Positions 1-12,899 of a stretch of DNA of 64,000 bases are shown piece by piece. Where the stretch lies: the NCBI GenBank assembly GCA_036172245.1, contig JAYWIR010000007.1, forward strand, positions 1,922,001 to 1,986,000, given 5' to 3'. The notes under the pieces are model-generated. The model was not told where the DNA came from. It was given only the letters and a program-made list of their open reading frames with translations, and did no database searches. The number at the start of each line of letters is the position of its first letter. Positions within the stretch are counted from its first letter, which is position 1. Both the position numbers and the translations under genes were made by a program. This DNA is from Raillietiella orientalis. Taxonomy: Eukaryota.

Positions 1-99
1 GGCAGCACGTCCGAACCCTTCTTCGACCCTCCTCCCCTTTCTCCCCGCGTCAGCGTTCACAAAGAAGGGAGGAGGAGGGAGTTCCCCCTGCCAGGGGCG

Positions 100-450
100 G
101 CGACCCCGTTCAGTGCTCGCGGCAGGCACCTCGGAAACAGCGTCCGTCCAAGCGCGCTATTGCCTCCCCGGGGACTTCTCTCTCGCCCCTTCGGGGGCAA
201 AACGGAGAGACACCGCACCCTGGCAGGACCAGGCGGCTCCCTGCTTCCCGGAGACGCCGCGAGAGGGCAGCTTCCACCTCTCCTTCCCCTCCCCCGTGAC
301 TCCCAAGCGACTACCGCCTCGTCCGCCGCGCACCCTAGAAGTCTCGGCCCAGCCTCCAGCGTTTCCGGCTTCCCCAGAAGGGGTCACCCCCCCGCCTCTC
401 CTGGAGGTCAGCGGGGCAAGCTCCCCGCCGGATCGCACGATCCGCCAACC
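100..450 (-). mobile_element. Decayed rve-integrase-like relic, copy 1
   Basis: Nucleotides ~150-215 align by eye with ~1680-1746 (AVSLRFAPEGAREKSPG vs AVALRFAPKEICEKTSQG). Flanking motifs loosely follow integrase core order. Confidence 0.3.
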
Positions 451-1599
451 AGAGGGCCGCCGAACGCGCCGCCGGGCAGAGTAGCTCCTGGGAGGAGCTG
501 CGACCTGCCCCCTCGACTCCCCCGGGCGCCTCCGGCTGCCCCGCGAGGGTCGGCGGCGAGGGGATGGAAGGGCTTCCCCGCAGATAGGGACGAGTCGCCG
601 GCAGCCTCGCTGTCGCTCGCGGCAAGGCTGCTGACCCTCGCGTGAAAGGATCGCCCCCCGGACAGAGATCCTGTTGCAGCGGCTCCTCCCCCGGTAACGT
701 CTCTATGAGAACGCGATCCACGAGAGCGACAAACAGGGGAGCAAAGAAGCCCGCTCTCGGCGGCGGCGGAAGTGCCCTCGTTGCCGTGGTTATCCGAGGG
801 CAGGAGCACCTGCGCGCGAGGCTTGTTCATGGAAACGGAGGGGTGGAAGCGGGGTGGGGGGAGATCGTCCGGCGTGGGCGAAGCGACACCGACGGAGCGC
901 GGGCACAGACACTCCTCGCTGCATCCTCGACCCGCCTCGTATCCGGGGCGACGGCGGGTGGTGGCAGGTCCGCTGAGCCGAGAGAGAAGGAGGGGATGCG
1001 GGCGAGTGCCCCATTCCACCTCTCCCCACACCTTCCATCCCGCGCGCGCGTACTCCACGCCGCCTGGCCACCGACCCTCCCGGAGACGCGCGCGCGACCA
1101 CGGCGATGCCCCATCCGTCCTCAGGAGGGGGTCGTAGGCACACCCCTAGGGGGATCACCTACTTAACGGAGGGAGGGGAGTTGAGACCTTAGGCCGACCT
1201 CCGCCTGCTCTTCCGGGTGGTGGCGGCCTAGACAGGGAGGAACAGTGGTGGCGTCGATGGGCTCCTAGGGGACGGCCCCACGATGGCAGCGGCAAACAGC
1301 CGGCCACTCCCTCTTCCCTCCCTCCATCCAGAGATAGCCCTTCGGCGCAATCGTCAGGGAGCCTCCGGCCCGGCTTCCTCCCACGGGAGGAGGAGAAAGA
1401 TGGCGTGGGAGGCTGTGGCCCAGAGGTGTCCAAGCCCTGCCTCGCCCCCCGGCGACAGAGCCGCGAAGCGCTACCTGGGACTTGCCGGGTCCACTGCGAT
1501 GCTGCCGTTTCCTCCTCCCTCCCCGCGTGGGCGGCGCGGCGCGGGAGACTTGGCACCCCGAGCAGTTGAGAAGCAGAGGGACCCGGGCAGCGTCCACTG

Positions 1600-1900
1600 C
1601 CCCGCGGCGTCCCCCTGCTGGGGGCGGAGACCCAGTCCAATGCTCTCGGTGAGCACTCCAGGAAGCAGTGCCCTCCTGAGCGCGCGGTTGCCTCCTTGGG
1701 AGGTCTTTTCGCAGATTTCTTTGGGGGCAAAGCGAAGAGCCACCGCCGCGCGTCTCACACCGGTTCCCCTAGGAGTGGCTCCCTCCTTCCCCCTCCCGAG
1801 AACAACCACCACTCTCACTGCCTCCGTCGTCGCCATGCCGACCAGCCTCTCGGAAGCTGGAGCGAAGGGCGGGAAAAGTCCGCACCCGTGAGCGGGGATC
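1600..1900 (-). mobile_element. Decayed rve-integrase-like relic, copy 2
   Basis: GCGLFPPFAPA...LRFAPKE...GGNRALRRAL loosely matches VDxFSRF..A / YxP..NG..ERxNRTL. Paralogous to 100-450. Confidence 0.3.
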
Positions 1901-2819
1901 ACCTCCTTCCCGTCTTTTTTTCATCCCCTAGCTGATAGGCGACCGGGAGTGAACCCTCGGGACCGAATCTGAGGGGCGGGAGGTCGCGCCTCCTGAGCAG
2001 GAGGAGGTCTCCAGCACGCTCCCGACCACGAGTCCTACCTTACGCCGGGGAACGTTTCGCCTACCCGGTCTCCTGAGAGATGCGAGCGTCTTCTACCCTT
2101 TCCACTCCCCTTCGCCCTGTCGATTCCGGGCAGAGTGCTCGGATGAGGGAGGAGGGTTGCCTCCCTCGCCCCACGGGGAAGGCGTCTGCCGCTTCATCGA
2201 CGACCGCGACACAAGCGCCCGCAGCGGCATGGGCGGAAATCTCCGACCTTCCCCCATGTCGCCGTCACCAGCTAGCGGGAGGAAAGGGGTCTCTCCCTCT
2301 CATTTCCCCGCTTCCAGGGGAGATGGAGCTCCCGAACCGCCCTGGAGACGTCTCTTTGGCGTCCGCCTCGCCCGCGGGAGTCGTCCGTCTGCGTGCCGGG
2401 GATCGCCGCCGTGGCCGCGGAGGTCTCGCGACCTGAGAGGGAGCGGTGCCCCTCCGTCGCTCCTCTTCCCCTTTTCTTGACCCCTCCGGAAGGGACGAGG
2501 AGGGCCACCCATTCCCGGCCGCTTGCCGCTGGCGCAACGCCGAGCAGCAAGCAGCCACGGGGACTCGGCGGGAGGAGGGTGGGGTGGGTTTTGCTCCCAG
2601 GATTCCCGAGGCAATGGGGAGGGTGGGCGACGGGGAAGGCATTTAGGAAGGAAGGCCAACTCCCGCGAGCGGAGGAGAGGAATCGGGAAGGGATGGAGGA
2701 GGAGGGGGAGGAGGACAGTTGGCGCGCGCACCGTTCTTGCGAGAGATTCCGCGAGGTCGCTCGTTTCCCGCTCCGCCGAGCGTGACCGCGGCCGCAGCGT
2801 GGCGCAACGGTCGCCTACC

Positions 2820-2827
2820 CATAAAAG
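2820..2827 (+). promoter_or_regulatory. TATA-like box of the small peptide gene
   Basis: CATAAAAG in an otherwise GC-rich context, about 100 nt upstream of ATG 2922. Confidence 0.5.
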
Positions 2828-2921
2828 GGAGGTCCTCCGTCTCCTCTGGGAAGCAGACGGCAGCCGACAACCGCAAGACTACGACGCGCAGCATCTCCAG
2901 GAGCCACGAACGACGGACAGC

Positions 2922-3514
2922 ATGCGGAGCAACGCGAATCTCCTGGTAACGTGTGCTCCCGGTCCCTCGCCTGTCTCCGGAGATAGAGACCTCCCCTCCA
3001 CCTGGGAGTCGTCTCCTACCTCACCCTTTTCACTCTCTCTCTTCTCCTTTTCCTCTGGGAGGGGAAGGATTGGGAAGCGGCAGGCAGGACGCTCCTTCGT
3101 CAGGAACGGATGGACCGCGGCGACCTGCGTTGCTCCTCCAAGAGTGAAGAGCGAGGAGTCCCGGCGTTAGCCCCGCCCTTCCCCTGCACCCTCTGGGCAC
3201 GCTCTTACTTACTTACTTACTTCCCCTCCACCAGGAAGGGGAACCTCCCCTTCCACTGCCTCCCCTTGCAGTTCTTCTTGTTGGCCACTCTGGTGGCGGT
3301 GCTGATGGCCATGCCGGACGGGTACGGCTACCACGGAGGCTACGGGCAACCACACCACCACGGAGGGTACGGGCATGGCGGCTACGGAGGCTGGGCAAAC
3401 GTGAGTGCATCTCCCCTACTGCCCCTTTCCCTACTTCCCCTCCCTCTTCCTCGCCCCCAGGTGCAGCACTCGGTGTGGCCAGGCGGCTTCGGCTACTCTG
3501 TGGAGGAGAACTGA
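2922..3514 (+). CDS. Small secreted Gly/His/Tyr-rich peptide, 68 aa (cuticular-protein-like or antimicrobial-peptide-like)
   Basis: Exons 2922-2945, 3272-3400 and 3461-3514; GT-AG introns in phase 0 with clear pyrimidine tracts. Product: MRSNANLLFFLLATLVAVLMA-MPDGYGYHGGYGQPHHHGGYGHGGYGGWANVQHSVWPGGFGYSVEEN, i.e. a hydrophobic signal peptide plus GGYG repeats. TATA-like CATAAAAG at 2820 and AATAAA at 3568. Confidence 0.85.
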
Positions 3515-3567
3515 AGGGCGTAGGCGTGGCTAAGGAGGGGAGCACAGAGACGGCAGCCTAGCAGAAC

Positions 3568-3573
3568 AATAAA
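3568..3573 (+). terminator. Poly(A) signal of the small peptide gene
   Basis: AATAAA about 54 nt after the TGA ending at 3514. Confidence 0.65.
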
Positions 3574-3789
3574 AAAGCGAACCGGTGGCGCCGGAAGAGG
3601 CTCGTGTCTTTCTCCTTGTTTTGGGGGGAGGATCCCAGGGAGCGGGAAGGAAAGGGCGGAGGGGAGGGGTGCTAGCGGATTGCAATTGCAGCGGAGACAC
3701 CATTTGGGGCCGCTGGCGGCGAGAACAGGGGTCTCCGGCCGGGCAGACAATTGTGTGAAGTCACTAGAGGAACAGGAGGCACGTCTCCC

Positions 3790-5200
3790 ACCCCACGGCA
3801 TAACGGCGATGGAAGTCACTTAGCTGGACCGGGAGGAAACCGACTTCGCGCCCAGCCACCACCGATCGCTGCATCGGCCGTTAAGGAAAGCGGCAGGAGG
3901 AAGGAGGGTGTCACAGTAACAGACCCCCCTCCATCCTTCCCTAGGCGAGACTTGCTGCAACCTCGCTTCCTCCAAAATCCGTTCATGGCGCTCGTAGAGA
4001 CCATCCCCAACCTTCCCAACGGACAATAAAACCATGGATGAACTCTCTGAACATCTTGGGAGGAGGGGGAGGAAGGTGTCCCTCTCTCGGAGGTTTTCTC
4101 TGTTTTTCCTCAGCTCCTTGAGCGCCAGGCTCTGACGGCAGGGAAGGGGGAGATAGGATGGAAGAGTTTCCATTCTTGGAAGTTCCTGACAAAAGGGAGG
4201 GACGCAGCTGCTATGATCCTGCAGCTGCGGATGGATTTTCCCCCTCTTCAAGGCTCCTTCCTATTCACACCCCCTTTCACACCCCCGTCCGACGGAGCAC
4301 AAGTTCCCGGGACGGCTAGGGCACCACACGACTTCGGAAGACAGCCGGACCTCCGCCTAAGAAACGAGACTCCAAGGGAACGCCTCGGAGGATGCGTCCG
4401 CACGCAGCAGCTTCCCTTTTCCCTCCCTCCGAATCCTCCCTGATCCTGGTCACAGCTCTGCCTCTGGAGAAGCGAGGAGGTTGCTCCCGAGACGGTGGTG
4501 CACGGCATGTTGGGATGGAAATTCCTCGGCCTCACTGTCTGCTTTATTGGGAGAACCGCAAACGCCCCAAAATCTCAGAAATCCTTCTCTCTCTCTCTTC
4601 CCCCCCCCCTTTCCCCTTGTCACGCGGAGGGTTCGTTGGCAGCTAGTGAGCCGACCCCTACTTCTTCCCTGGCAAGGATCACGAGGAAGGTGCTCGACTC
4701 GGAAGACTTTGACAACAGAATTCGTTCCCCTATCCAAGCACTCCCCCATCCGAACTGCATCCAGCTTGTCTCCCTCGGGAGATTCATGATCGCGGATCGG
4801 CAGCAGCCTTCCCCAGCTTGACAGGAACCTTCCTTCTTCTCAGTACGTATTATTGCTGGATCCTGAAAGCCTCCTGCGGGTGCCTTCGCCGGCAGGGGAG
4901 GCTCGCTCTCCCACCTCCGAGACAAAGACCCTCCGAAGTTCGCGGAATCTCACCCCTCGCTAAGAGAGCTCGAGAAGAGACGATCAGGGAAAAAAGTCAC
5001 GGCGTATCCACGGGCGACAGGCGCAGCGCGCTACGAAAAATCGGTGATCTCCTCCCGATCCCGGAAAGTGCGAATGTTCGGTGCAAAGCTGGAACGTTTG
5101 TTTCGACGCACTCACAAGACATCGTCGTCGCCCAAGTCAGGTTTGCGCGTGACCTTTGTTCGGGACGACTGGCAGCTGGAGAAAGCCGCCATCGTTGAGA
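3790..5200 (+). mobile_element. Decayed DIRS-type (tyrosine recombinase) retrotransposon, MT-like/YR region
   Basis: Collinear broken motifs: LRAQPPP..AVKE (~YAFPP..VLxK), FPRRDLLQ, GWKSFHSW, KRPKISEI (~RxSEL), RSPIQAL (~LCPVRAL), STYYCWILKA (~STISRWIK), KSHGVST...ESAN..GTFV.TH.QDI (~AHSTR...ANW..TF..HY). Many frameshifts and stops. Confidence 0.55.
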
Positions 5201-7199
5201 GTTCCTGCCCACAGGCTGGGCGCTTGGAGGATTCATAAATAGATGTGCCCACAGCCCTCTCTCCGTCTTCGAAGGAAGTATCCATTTCCAGATGCTCGGG
5301 AAATCGCCAATCAGTGCTGACGCCTAATCAAGAATATGTCTGCACTCTCTTTCAGACCATCGACAGATCGATCATCATGTATAAAAAAGCTTGGCTCATT
5401 GCTCAATTCCTTTCACCCATGTATCTTTATTATTACTGAAATGGCTTTATCTATTTGGACCCGCGTCGGAGGCCCTGTGGCTGCTACGGTCTCCGCGCGT
5501 GGCACCACCAAGAGTCGTGGGTTCGAATACTCTGAAAGGAATCGGCGCAGTGCGTCGTGGGTTCCGAGTTCACCCCACAAGGTGACGCTGGTGAGCCTGC
5601 ATTCATCCGGGTGCGGCACTGGTAGCGGTTGCAACCGGACGCCCCCGATGAGGGCCGGGACAGACGGGAGTCGACCTCCGGGTCCTTGCAGGAATCAAGG
5701 AATGGGGAGGTTCCCTCCGGTTGTGAAGGAGCGGACTGCTCATCCGGGGGGGGGGGGGACTATCCGCGTCGGATTGATGGAGTAGGTGTGTCTCCACCAC
5801 CTCTCCAGAGAGTGCAGAGACGCGAACCGATCCCTTCGGGGAAGCTGCGTCCTTCTGAATTTCGGAAGCGTCCTTTCTGGGGTTCTCTTCAGAGGAGTAA
5901 AAACAGGAGCGGATCCCTTGCGGAGGATCCCTCCGGAGAAGAAATTCCAGGATCGGATCCTTTCCGGGTTCCCTTCAGAGAAGAAAGAATGGAGCGGACC
6001 CCCAGGGGGTCCTCCGGAGAGAATAAGGAAGGAGGTCTCCTTCTGGATTCCCCTTCGGAGACAACCAAAGTGGAGGTGATCTCCATTTCCGGGGATCCCT
6101 CCCCATGCATGAGAGGAGTCCTCTCTGGATTCATAGGGCGGGGGTCTCTCCCAGGGTACCTCCTATCTTGAAGAATTACCCACCCTCGGGTGGCGTGGAA
6201 CCGTGTCGAAGAACTGCGAAGACAGAAAAGAAGGATTTCCATCAGGGATTCAGTTCAGGGATTCTACTAGTGGTGTTCCGCTCGACGTACAAAAAGCCAC
6301 GTGAAAATTATGGTTTGAAACAGCACTATTAGTTCTCTTTGGCAATATGGCGACGAGTCGTTTGACTCGGTGAATGGGCACCAGGCAATAGACAGTAGGC
6401 AGATTCAAGGACAGCAGGCGAGAGAAATAAAAAATTGGGAGCTAGAAAAGAACTTCCGTCATCACTCCTTCCAAGTAGAGATTTGAATTTCGTGATGAAT
6501 GATGTGTGAAAAGCTTTTTCAAAAAGGCAGCAGAAAGTTGGTAAGCCTTTAAGAAGCAGTCCATGGTTTTAGCTCAGGCATGGAAAGCATTAAAGGAAAA
6601 TCGTACAAAGAATCATAGATTGCATGTGAAGGCGGAAATTTTCTTAAGCGTTGAAATACGTGTGGATACTAATCATAAGATTTCGCGCACCGTTTATTTA
6701 ACTCATTACTTAATTACAGTGAATCCAGAAATGAGTAACCCTGAAAATTTGGTTGAACTGTAGGCATCGCTGTGCAAACTACGATGCGTGCAAAAAAAAA
6801 AAATCTTCAGCATGAAATTTTTCTCGGGCAAAAGAGACTTTTTGAAAAAAAAATCTCACGGATACTATTCTCCAATGCCACTGAGAGGAAGATGATGCGA
6901 TGTTAAGAACAGAAAGCCAATTGTCATTAGAAAAGAAAAGGTATGATGAGCATGCCGAAGAAGTAGCGGTACAGGAAGTGCTCCCAACCAAAACTTATGA
7001 TGGAATCCTAATGTGTAGCTTTACATCAGCAGACGGTAAGTACAATTATCAAAAAAACTTCCAAAATTCCAATAATCCCATCAGCCTGCGAAAGTCCTCC
7101 AAAGTAAATCATGCGTAGAGGAGGAGGCAAGGGACGTTTCCTTGGTGGAATTGGAAGCTCTGCAGAAAAAAAGGGATGGAGAGTGAACTGAGTGTTGTG

Positions 7200-7850
7200 C
7201 CGGGGTCAATCATTCCGGATCTGCAGGAACCCTCGGTGGCGCTGACTCTCCCACTCGGTCCACAGGAAGAACCAACCGCAGTGGTGCTTAGCCGGAGTCT
7301 GCACGCCAGAGGGGGCTGCAGCACAACGCAGGGGCGCAACATCCTCCGCTGCGGTCAGGGGGACCCGGGAATGCGGGGGGGGGGGGGGGGGGAAGAGAGA
7401 GAACTGCAGTTCTTCCTTCCTCGCGGCGGTTCTCGTTTCACAAGTGCCCCCCACCCCATCCCACCCCGGTCACCCTGATGCGAACGGCAGGGGGCATGGA
7501 TCCGATGAAGTTGGCAACCCTGCTCGAAAGCGGCGAACCGATCCCTATTGTTGTCGAAACGCTCGGCCAACAATGGATGATGACGCGCGCCCTGGAACCG
7601 TTCGCCGTGGCAACGTGGACGCTGAGGCGCAGTCGAGTGTGTCTCGAGAAATGGACGTGGTCACTGCAAGAACATGAAAACGAGGTCTAGAGACGTCCTC
7701 GATGTCCCAAGCACCGCCGAAGATCGTCATCATGGTGATGCCCGGCCACGGACAGTGCCTTTTTTTTTTGTTTTCCTCGTTTTCGGAAGTGATTGGCTGC
7801 CGCCTTTTGCAGCTTCTGGTCTTTGTGACTGTTTTGCGTAAGTGTTTTGT
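7200..7850 (+). mobile_element. Possible decayed non-LTR 3' end
   Basis: FAVATWTLRRSR resembles the L1-type WxLWxxRN motif, followed by a T-rich UTR-like tract. Weak evidence. Confidence 0.2.
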
Positions 7851-7879
7851 GCCCGTTCCTTGCCGTGACGCGAAAAATC

Positions 7880-8150
7880 ACGTCCCGCACCGATGGAAAT
7901 CACACCGAGCACGGTTTGCAGGCGGTGGGAAGCTGCGCCAAGCAACCGAAAACGACGTTTCATCTCATCTCGAATCCTCCTCGCGCCGAGTGCCAGTGCA
8001 TTGGTCACTGGTGTATCCGCGTTAAAACGAGACAAACCGGGAATTCGGGAAAAAAATCCGCTGCCAAATCTGCGAACTAAAGCACACCCTTGTTCATTCC
8101 GTGAGAAGAATAGGAGCAGGATTCGGGAAACTCCTATCATGCAATAAATT
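7880..8150 (+). mobile_element. Possible piggyBac-like Cys-rich C-terminal relic
   Basis: PPRAECQC...RVKTR...RCQICELK across frames, followed by AATAAA. Confidence 0.2.
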
Positions 8151-9759
8151 CATACTATTTTTGGTACTCAGTAGTTCACCTCGTAGTGCATCGGGTACAG
8201 GGTGCATCATGCTTGACGTGATGTACCTAATGTAAATGCACATTATTAAAGATGAAACGCAGACACTACACTAAATATGTGCATTCTATGAGGCAAAGCG
8301 CGTGAACACGAGAGCTGTCCAGTACATTCTGCCGCATGTTTGTTCCCTTGGTCAGAATCAAGAGCTGAAATTTGGCGAAAGATTGGTCAAGGTCACGGTC
8401 ATCCCATTTGCTAGGCGAGGCTCCTCGACGTCGCCTCCTTTCTGGATGGTTTACTGCCCACTGGAAACCAGGGATCGAAATCCTTGTTTAGAAAAAGGTC
8501 CTCTCGGGTCTTCCTGCAGAGCCTCCTTTCAATAAGTATCTCCAGACGGTCACCTACGGGCAGCATTCTTCAGCTGACGAAATAGGTGGAAGCGGGTGGG
8601 CAGGAGAACACATTGGAGCACAGTCGCTTCTATTGCTCGCGAACTACTACTATGGGGGTGGGCACCTCGGGGTTACCGCCGCCTTACAAAAAAAAAAAAA
8701 GGCAGCTTTCATTTTCTGCTGTATTCGCGGCTTGCTCGGTGAACCTTGTTGGATCTTTCCAAGGCACAGGCACATGCTTGCAAATTCAGTGTTACCGCTT
8801 TTCACAGTGCGGTCTAAAATCACACCCCTTCTATGTTCCATAAGCCGATCGTCTCCATTCTTCCCTGGCAAGGGTGCCACGTACAGGTGCTTAGCAAAGT
8901 TGCACACCGTCGCTTCCCCACCGTCCCCTCCTAGTTCACCCTGAAGTCATTTCACCGTCCACCAACAACAACCGCAAACTTTATTCCCACTATTCAGGCG
9001 TGTTGGGACATTGAGGGATTCGTCATGCCCTCCCTCAAGGGTGAGCTCTTCGGCGCGGATCGAAACGACGGTTGCGCCCCTGCCATCTGGCGGGGATCCC
9101 GCGAACTGATGTACGGATGTCGCCGGCAACCGAGGTTTGGGGCGGGGAGGGGGGAGACGGAGAAAACGTGGATGAAACTTCGTGACCTCGACACACAGTG
9201 GCAATAAGCACAAACGCGTGATTGACAACACGATCATATATGTACTGTGAATAATTACTTTGAAAATGCAAAACTGGTAACAAAAAAAAAACATTAAGAA
9301 AACATCTACGAGATTAGGTATAAGAGACACACTACTTCTGGTGTTTTCCACACGTGTACCCCGCTCTTATTCCACACACGAGTGAGCTTTGCAGTTCTCC
9401 TACTAGATGGCAGAATCCGTAAGAGACATCCACTTGGTAAAATGAACAAAGTACGCAGTAAGGGTTCTCGATTTATTGGCATCCTCACGGGGGTTTTTGT
9501 CTGTAAAGTACAAAACATGACTTCAACCAGAAAATTATCCGATAGTTAATGTCGCAAAGCTTTCAAATGGAGTTTTGCTAACATCAACACACTTCATTAT
9601 CGATGTATCATCCTTTTATGAGACGGAAGCAAATACACACACATTCGTGCCTTAAACTGATGAGTAAGGAAAATAACTAGCCTTGGTGACGCTTGGCTAA
9701 ACTGCTAGCGTGCGCTGGCACGCTGAGCAATTTTTGAATGGGTGTAGGTCGTCCCCCTG

Positions 9760-10600
9760 GTTGATGCCTACATTTGCATCAACTGTGGGGAGATTGCGAT
9801 TTACCCTTGTAGTCGGAAAAGGCAGTGGGGTGTGCAGTTGCTGGGTGGAGCAGCGTGGAAACGGCGTGTGGCCCATCAAGTGCCTTCGGTCGGTATCTCA
9901 TTATCCAGACACTCAGTGCATGAAGGTGAAGTGCATGAAGCCACAGTGAAGAACAAGCGCATCTGCAGCCACATACCACTAACATTGGTGCAACCACTGT
10001 GTAGCATGCCATGGTGGGCAACAACTCCTGCCTTCAGTGTTTCGTGTAAGCTCTGCAAGATTCTCATGACCACTCACAAAAAATACGCTTTGATCAATAC
10101 CTTCCACATCACAGCAGCCTCTCAGTGCACATGCTGGGTGATGTAAAATAGCAGAGAGAATATTCAGAGCAGCAGGTATGTGTTTTTTTGTGGAAGGTAC
10201 ACACTTTTGGCTGCCTCATTTTCTGCCTGTTACTTGACAGGAAGCTTGCAAAGATGGGGAAACTTCACACATTGTGCATTAAGATAGATCTTGTGTGTGT
10301 GTGTGTGTGTGTATGTGATATTCAGCAGGATCCATCCATCTTAGCCCACAGCTGCAAGAAAGTCCACAGACTTTGGCACACCTGTTCAGAGAGACTAGCC
10401 CACATAATCAGTGACCATTGAAGGAATCTTCACATGCTCCCCCTACCCTCCATACAAAACCACACTTCGAAGCCTGCTGGAAACCATGTTACATGTGGAA
10501 AACAGATTGCTCCAATCTGTGCAAACAAGTTTTTGGATTCTGTGCAACATTTCATTTATTGGTCACTGTTGCGTACATCAAATGTTGTTGGAGGAACTTT
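9760..10600 (-). mobile_element. Decayed Gypsy-type integrase
   Basis: LHETLKAGVVAH (~FHRTLKAAIMAH), VVAPMLVVCGCR (~LPLVLLGIR) and VWIM...DGPHAV...KGKSQ (~VFVR...YDGPY..NGK), in the expected order. Confidence 0.5.
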
Positions 10601-11479
10601 TACTTCAAAGTCACCCAATTTTTCATTAAGATACACTTGGCATCCTAGCCTGGATCTTGAAATCATCATGGGTTTTAAGATTTAGGAACCATTCTCGGAA
10701 CTTACGTCTCAGTTAAACCATAGGCCAGGTCTAATAGATCAATTTCTTCTTCTTCTAGTTTGCTTGAAATTTTGTCATAATCTTCCTTTTGAAAAATAAC
10801 ATGGCATGTAGAGCAAGCAAGTGATCCTTCGCAAGCTCCTGTGTAATAAAAGTGAGACATTGTTGAAGAGAAATTACTCATGATTGCTAACCAAATCCAT
10901 CAATCTCTATATTATTATTTATGACCACATCTAAAATTGTATCTCCTTCTTTTCCATCACCAGTTACTTTGCTACCATCAGGTAAGCAAAAAGTTACTGT
11001 GTATCTATAGAAAACAATAAGCATTTACTGGATTTGTAAGTTCAAGAAAACTTCAGTCAAACTAAACATTTTAAAGTGTTTAAAATTTTTGAATTTCCTT
11101 ACTTCTTTAAATTTTTTGATGACTTTGTACATAAATTTGACTTTGGGATGAAATGACTGGAGGAAGATAACCGGGGACGGAAGACTCTGTTTTGGATCCA
11201 TGTCTTACCAATATGATATAAATATGTATTCTTATAAGATTGTGATAATGCAGTCACACCCCAGAAAAAATACACCGAGTTATACATGCTAAAATGCTGA
11301 AATAGGCTACACAACACTTTATGAAATAAGGAATTGGCAAAATCCGCAACGGCTTTCAGTTCAAGTAAAGAATACTGCACAGATTCATCATTTTTGAGTT
11401 TTATTACACAATTAGAGGAAACTTTTACGCTAGTTTTTACTCACTTATTGGACAATAGCATACTTTGTACAGTAATTTA

Positions 11480-12130
11480 CTATGGAGAACATTGGGACCA
11501 TACTAAATGATGCACAAGGAACGACTTTTTTAATTCTTTTCATATTCTCAATCTGTTTAACTCTATTTGGCTGGTATGAACCACTCCTTTTATGTTACAT
11601 ACTTAGGGAACATGAAGAGATCAGAAATCGCCTTTTGACCTTGAAAAACTGGACTGAAAATATTTTTTCGAAAAAACACATGAATTCCGATCATGTTTTT
11701 TTTTGTGTTTACGTCTACCATTGAACAAAAACTTTATTTGCACAGTACAAATCGGCAAAGTTGTGGGATATTTACACAATCTGCCTATTACCACCCACTT
11801 GGAACTCTCGCTGCCAAATTACACACGGCTCGATACCAATCTTTTTTGCATTTAAGAAATTACAACTTGGGGGAACACACAAATATCCATGGGCACCAGC
11901 ACAAGCATTAAAAGTTAAGCTTCGGAGGAAAGCCAACAAAAAATATACCTTTCCGAAATTTTTGCAAACGATATCGACAACGCATAGTTTCTTGCTCAAC
12001 GTGGAAACTTGGAATCGGTGAGCTACGAAAACGAAAAGTTCGTCGAGGCCAGTGGTTTGAAACTTTAAGAAAGAGAAAACCGGATTCTGCGAAATAAATT
12101 GAAATCCTATCTTGGAAGGCGTTTTACAAC
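11480..12130 (+). mobile_element. Decayed AT-rich rve integrase relic
   Basis: MENIGTIL..AQG..FLIL...CLTLFGWYEPL (~MDxIGPL..G..YIL..D.FT...PL), IFSKKHMNSDH, GIFTQSAYYHPLG (~GI.H.T..YHPQ). Confidence 0.35.
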
Positions 12131-12899
12131 ATTTTCAAGAGTTAACCTCAGGCGATGTCCTCTCTTAGTACCATCGATCACTATAGAACACGTGTATTCA
12201 GTATGCTGAAAATAACAGGTTCGACCTTATGGATCCATTGCTTATCGCAAATATAGCAAATTCAACACAAACTTGACAAAAGAGCAGTAAAAGGTAGCCA
12301 CAAAGAATCAAAACATGTTACAAGGCAGTGAGCAAATCGAAGTTAGCACGTGATTACATTCATGCGGAGAAATAAAATATGTATTTCCGTCCACGAAATA
12401 TGCTGCTCATCTCAGTGAAATCCAAGAGTCTGTTCAACTTGCCGTAAAACTTGACCTAAATGCTTCTTGGCCTTTCTCCTCCTTGTTCTTCCTCAATACT
12501 GCCATCATTCTCTCAGGAGCTTATGCTACTGATGATCTTCCTATAGAGGAGAGCTTTATTCTTGTGGACCCAAATCTAAACTTCAAATTGGACTTGTCAG
12601 TCAGTCATGATTAGTTCCCGAGACTCCTCGGGGTCTTTGAGTTACAAACTTTTTGGAGAAGTTTCTGTTCTGGCATTCAATGTTCCCCTCCAGAAAATTT
12701 CTAAATCTTTCTCTCCTGGAGAGGCATATTGGATTTGAATCCCCCCACTCCGAAACTCCAAGTCCCACTGACATAGATTTCGTAAAGAAAGATGGATAAG
12801 AACCTCAGAAACACAATGGAGAAGAAAGCTCAATCGAAGAATAATTTAAAGAAAGTAACGAACTTCTAAAGAAAATTGTACATAAACTGGAATGAGTGA

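Noticed and set aside
5505..5570. tRNA/B-box-like GTCGTGGGTTCGAATAC with an 11-bp repeat 40 nt later
   Set aside because: No cloverleaf, acceptor stem or convincing A-box could be built. At best a degraded SINE fragment.
6340..7100. AT-rich segment with an acceptor (~6719) and a strong donor GTAAGT (~7036) as a host exon
   Set aside because: Frames are interrupted and no recognisable protein or partner exons were found. Probably a decayed DNA-transposon gene.
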